DNA from: Planctomycetota bacterium
GTDB taxonomy: Bacteria > Planctomycetota > UBA1135 > UBA2386
Length of the DNA stretch: 64,000 nucleotides
Assembly (NCBI GenBank): GCA_965223545.1
Contig: OZ245006.1
Span: 4,000,001 to 4,064,000 of the forward strand
Direction of reading: 5' to 3'
Shown in pieces: positions 63,794 to 64,000 of the stretch (the stretch's first letter is position 1; the number at the start of each line of letters is the position of its first letter). The notes below the pieces were generated by a model. It ran no database searches and was not told the DNA's origin. It saw only the letters and a list, made by a program, of their open reading frames with translations. The position numbers and the translations under genes are program-made.

Positions 63794-64000
63794 ATGACCA
63801 CGCACGTCCCCACCGCGACCGAAGCTGCCCCGCCCGCGGGCGAGCAGACCTACCTGACGTGTTCCCGCGGCTTCTGGTCGTGGGCCGGCACGCTGGACCA
63901 CAAGCGGATCGGTCTGATGTACCTGTTCGGCACGACGCTGGCCTTCGTGGTCGGTGGCGTGTTCGCCCTGATGATCCGGTTGCACCTGTGGAACCCGAAC
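63794..64000 (+). CDS. coxA: Cytochrome c oxidase subunit I, N-terminal fragment (runs off window)
   Basis: Hand translation from ATG 63794 gives ...SWAGTLDHKRIGLMYL..AFVVGGVFALMIRL; this ORF is not in the track. Confidence 0.9.
   Translation, partial: MTTHVPTATEAAPPAGEQTYLTCSRGFWSWAGTLDHKRIGLMYLFGTTLAFVVGGVFALMIRLHLWNPN

Overview
A very GC-rich (roughly 70% by eye), gene-dense chromosomal window from a diderm bacterium. It is probably a Planctomycetota-like lineage; this is an inference from the 'QPTALVHE'-type ECF sigma/Ser-Thr kinase-WD40 pair, an ECF sigma with a long C-terminal extension and an FG-GAP protein. The window contains the probable replication origin region (dnaA-oriC-dnaN-dciA-gyrB). 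Left of it lie an LPS/Kdo operon (kdsD-kdsC-giant Lpt-like protein-lptD), ettA, tatA, a stand-alone MshEN-like protein and an unusual MCE system (ABC ATPase fused to an MlaE permease, plus a two-MCE protein with a pseudo-protease tail). Right of it lie iscS, the bacillithiol genes bshA/bshB1/bshC interleaved with parA, a degenerate HATPase protein and pyrF, then pntAAB, hemW, a sigma-70 factor, a cupin and glycosyltransferases. A more accessory-looking stretch (~34.5-53.3 kb) follows: an FG-GAP protein, an ECF/STK-WD40 pair, an orphan contractile-tail sheath gene, DUF1538x2 plus a PII-like gene, a membrane-tethered ECF, carbamoyltransferase-sxtJ-sxtK-like genes and a GT-C membrane protein. The window ends in an alternative complex III (actA-F) / SCO / caa3 oxidase operon. 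I saw no rRNA, tRNA, CRISPR array, transposase or integrase. The strongest leads are: an unnamed C-terminal domain shared by two unrelated secreted proteins, the orphan eCIS-type sheath, the hybrid MCE transporter, an EF-hand insert in ActE, the ParA-linked pseudo-HATPase and two structured intergenic elements. Family calls come from motif recognition by eye; no searches were run.
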